Positions 62,809 through 64,000 of a DNA stretch of 64,000 bases are shown here, piece after piece. Made by a program: the position numbers and the translations under genes. The notes under the pieces were generated by a model. It made no database searches and was not told where the DNA came from. It saw nothing but the letters and a program-made list of their open reading frames with translations. Numbering within the stretch: the stretch's first letter is position 1; every line of letters starts with the position of its first letter. Source of the stretch: Macrostomum hystrix (lineage: Eukaryota > Animalia > Platyhelminthes); NCBI GenBank assembly GCA_950097015.1, contig CATNEN010000033.1, positions 3,596,001 through 3,660,000 of the forward strand, read 5' to 3'.

Positions 62809-63144
62809 TGGAGTTCAACCCCCTCAACCTCATCCGATGGTTCGGCTCGTTACAAACTACGCGAAAAAGTGTACTTCAAAAACTTTACCAAGACTTTAAA
62901 CCAAAATTTGAAAGAGGAAATGGCATGCGCAAAATTTTATTTGATTTACTGTGGTAAATTTACAGCACAAAACAATGAAAACTGAGAAATACACGAATAA
63001 AAAGCTTTTTGAATAAAAATAGTCGAATCACTTAGCTCTATTCATAAATGAAATGATGTAAACATATGATGCATCACGTAATGAGCGTGAAAGAGCACGG
63101 AATTATTGAAACTTTGGATTATGCTTGGATTCGAGGTGCAGGTT

Positions 63145-64000
63145 CACACTTGTGGCTGGGTGTACACCAAGTGTGGGCTGCTGCTGGCTGGGTGTACACC
63201 GAGTGTTGGCTGCTGGTGGCTGGGTGTACACCGAGTGTGGGCTGCTGGTGGCTGGGTGTACACCGAGTGTGGGCTGTTGGTGGGTGTACACCGAGTGTGG
63301 GCTGCTGGTGGCTGGGTGTACACCGAGTTTGGGCTTCTGGTGGCTGGGTGTACACCGAGTGTGGGCTGCTGGTGGCTGGGTGTACACCGAGTGTGGGCTG
63401 TTGGTGGGTGTACACCGAGTGTGGGCTGCTGGTGGCTGGGTGTACACCGAGTTTGGGCTTCTGGTGGCTGGGTGTACACCGAGTGTGGGCTGCTGGTGGC
63501 TGTGTGTACACCGAGTGTGGGCTGTTGGTGGGTGTACACCGAGTGTGGGCTGTTGGTGGGTGTACACCGAGTGTGGGCTGCTGGTGGCTGGGTGTACACC
63601 GAGTTTGGGCTTCTGGTGGCTGGGTGTACACCGAGTGTGGGCTGCTGGTGGCTGGGTGTACACCGAGTGTGGGCTGTTGGTGGGTGTACACCGAGTGTGG
63701 GCTGCTGGTGGCTGGGTGTACACCGAGTGTGGGCTGTTGGTGGGTGTACACCGAGTTTGGGCTTCTGGTGGCTGGGTGTACACCGAGTGTGGGCTGCTGG
63801 TGGCTGGGTGAACACCGAGTTGGGCTTCTGGTGGCTGGGTGTACACCGAGTGTGGGCTGTTGGTGGGTGTACACCGAGTGTGGGCTGCTGGTGGCTGTGT
63901 GTACACCGAGTTTGGGCTTCTGGTGGCTGGGTGTACACCGAGTGTCGGCTGCTGGTGGCTGGGTGTACACCGAGTGTGGGCTTCTGGTGGCTGGGTGTAC
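63145..64000. repeat. About 28-32-bp minisatellite with palindromic GGTGTACACC core, runs off the window end
   Basis: Direct inspection. Confidence 0.95.

Noticed and set aside
17849-63970. Long ORFs such as 22254..23453, 36480..37206, 50773..51781, 61319..62221 and 63103..63970
   Set aside because: They are translations of tandem repeats, open in several frames, and most lie in introns of the reconstructed genes.

Overview
This is eukaryotic genomic DNA, not prokaryotic: spliceosomal GT-AG introns join GC-rich exons, and intronic minisatellites are abundant. The style suggests an invertebrate such as a free-living flatworm (Macrostomum-like), but that is an inference I cannot verify. The window has two sharply different parts. 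(1) About 1-15 kb is a dense nest of transposons: six Crypton-type (DUF3504-like) tyrosine recombinase genes or fragments, one of them intact once a 76-nt intron is removed; two IS630/Tc1-like elements; a P-element remnant; a rosa/DD41D-like Tc1/mariner remnant with long TIRs; a mariner fragment; a Ty3/gypsy RT fragment; and a MITE. Every recognisable coding remnant is on the minus strand, and the 8-mer GTCTATGG/CCATAGAC recurs at Crypton boundaries. (2) About 15.6-64 kb holds four multi-exon genes reconstructed by hand with consistent splice phases: SAXO/FAM154 (+, 468 aa), INPP1 (+, 386 aa), a divergent transmembrane semaphorin (-, 873 aa) and a two-pore K+ channel (-, about 363 aa, one GC-AG intron). 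About 30% of this part is locus-specific tandem repeat, often abutting splice sites. It also has a tRNA-derived SINE and two tRNA-like cloverleaves with compensatory base changes. Most long ORFs in the supplied track beyond 18 kb are repeat artefacts.
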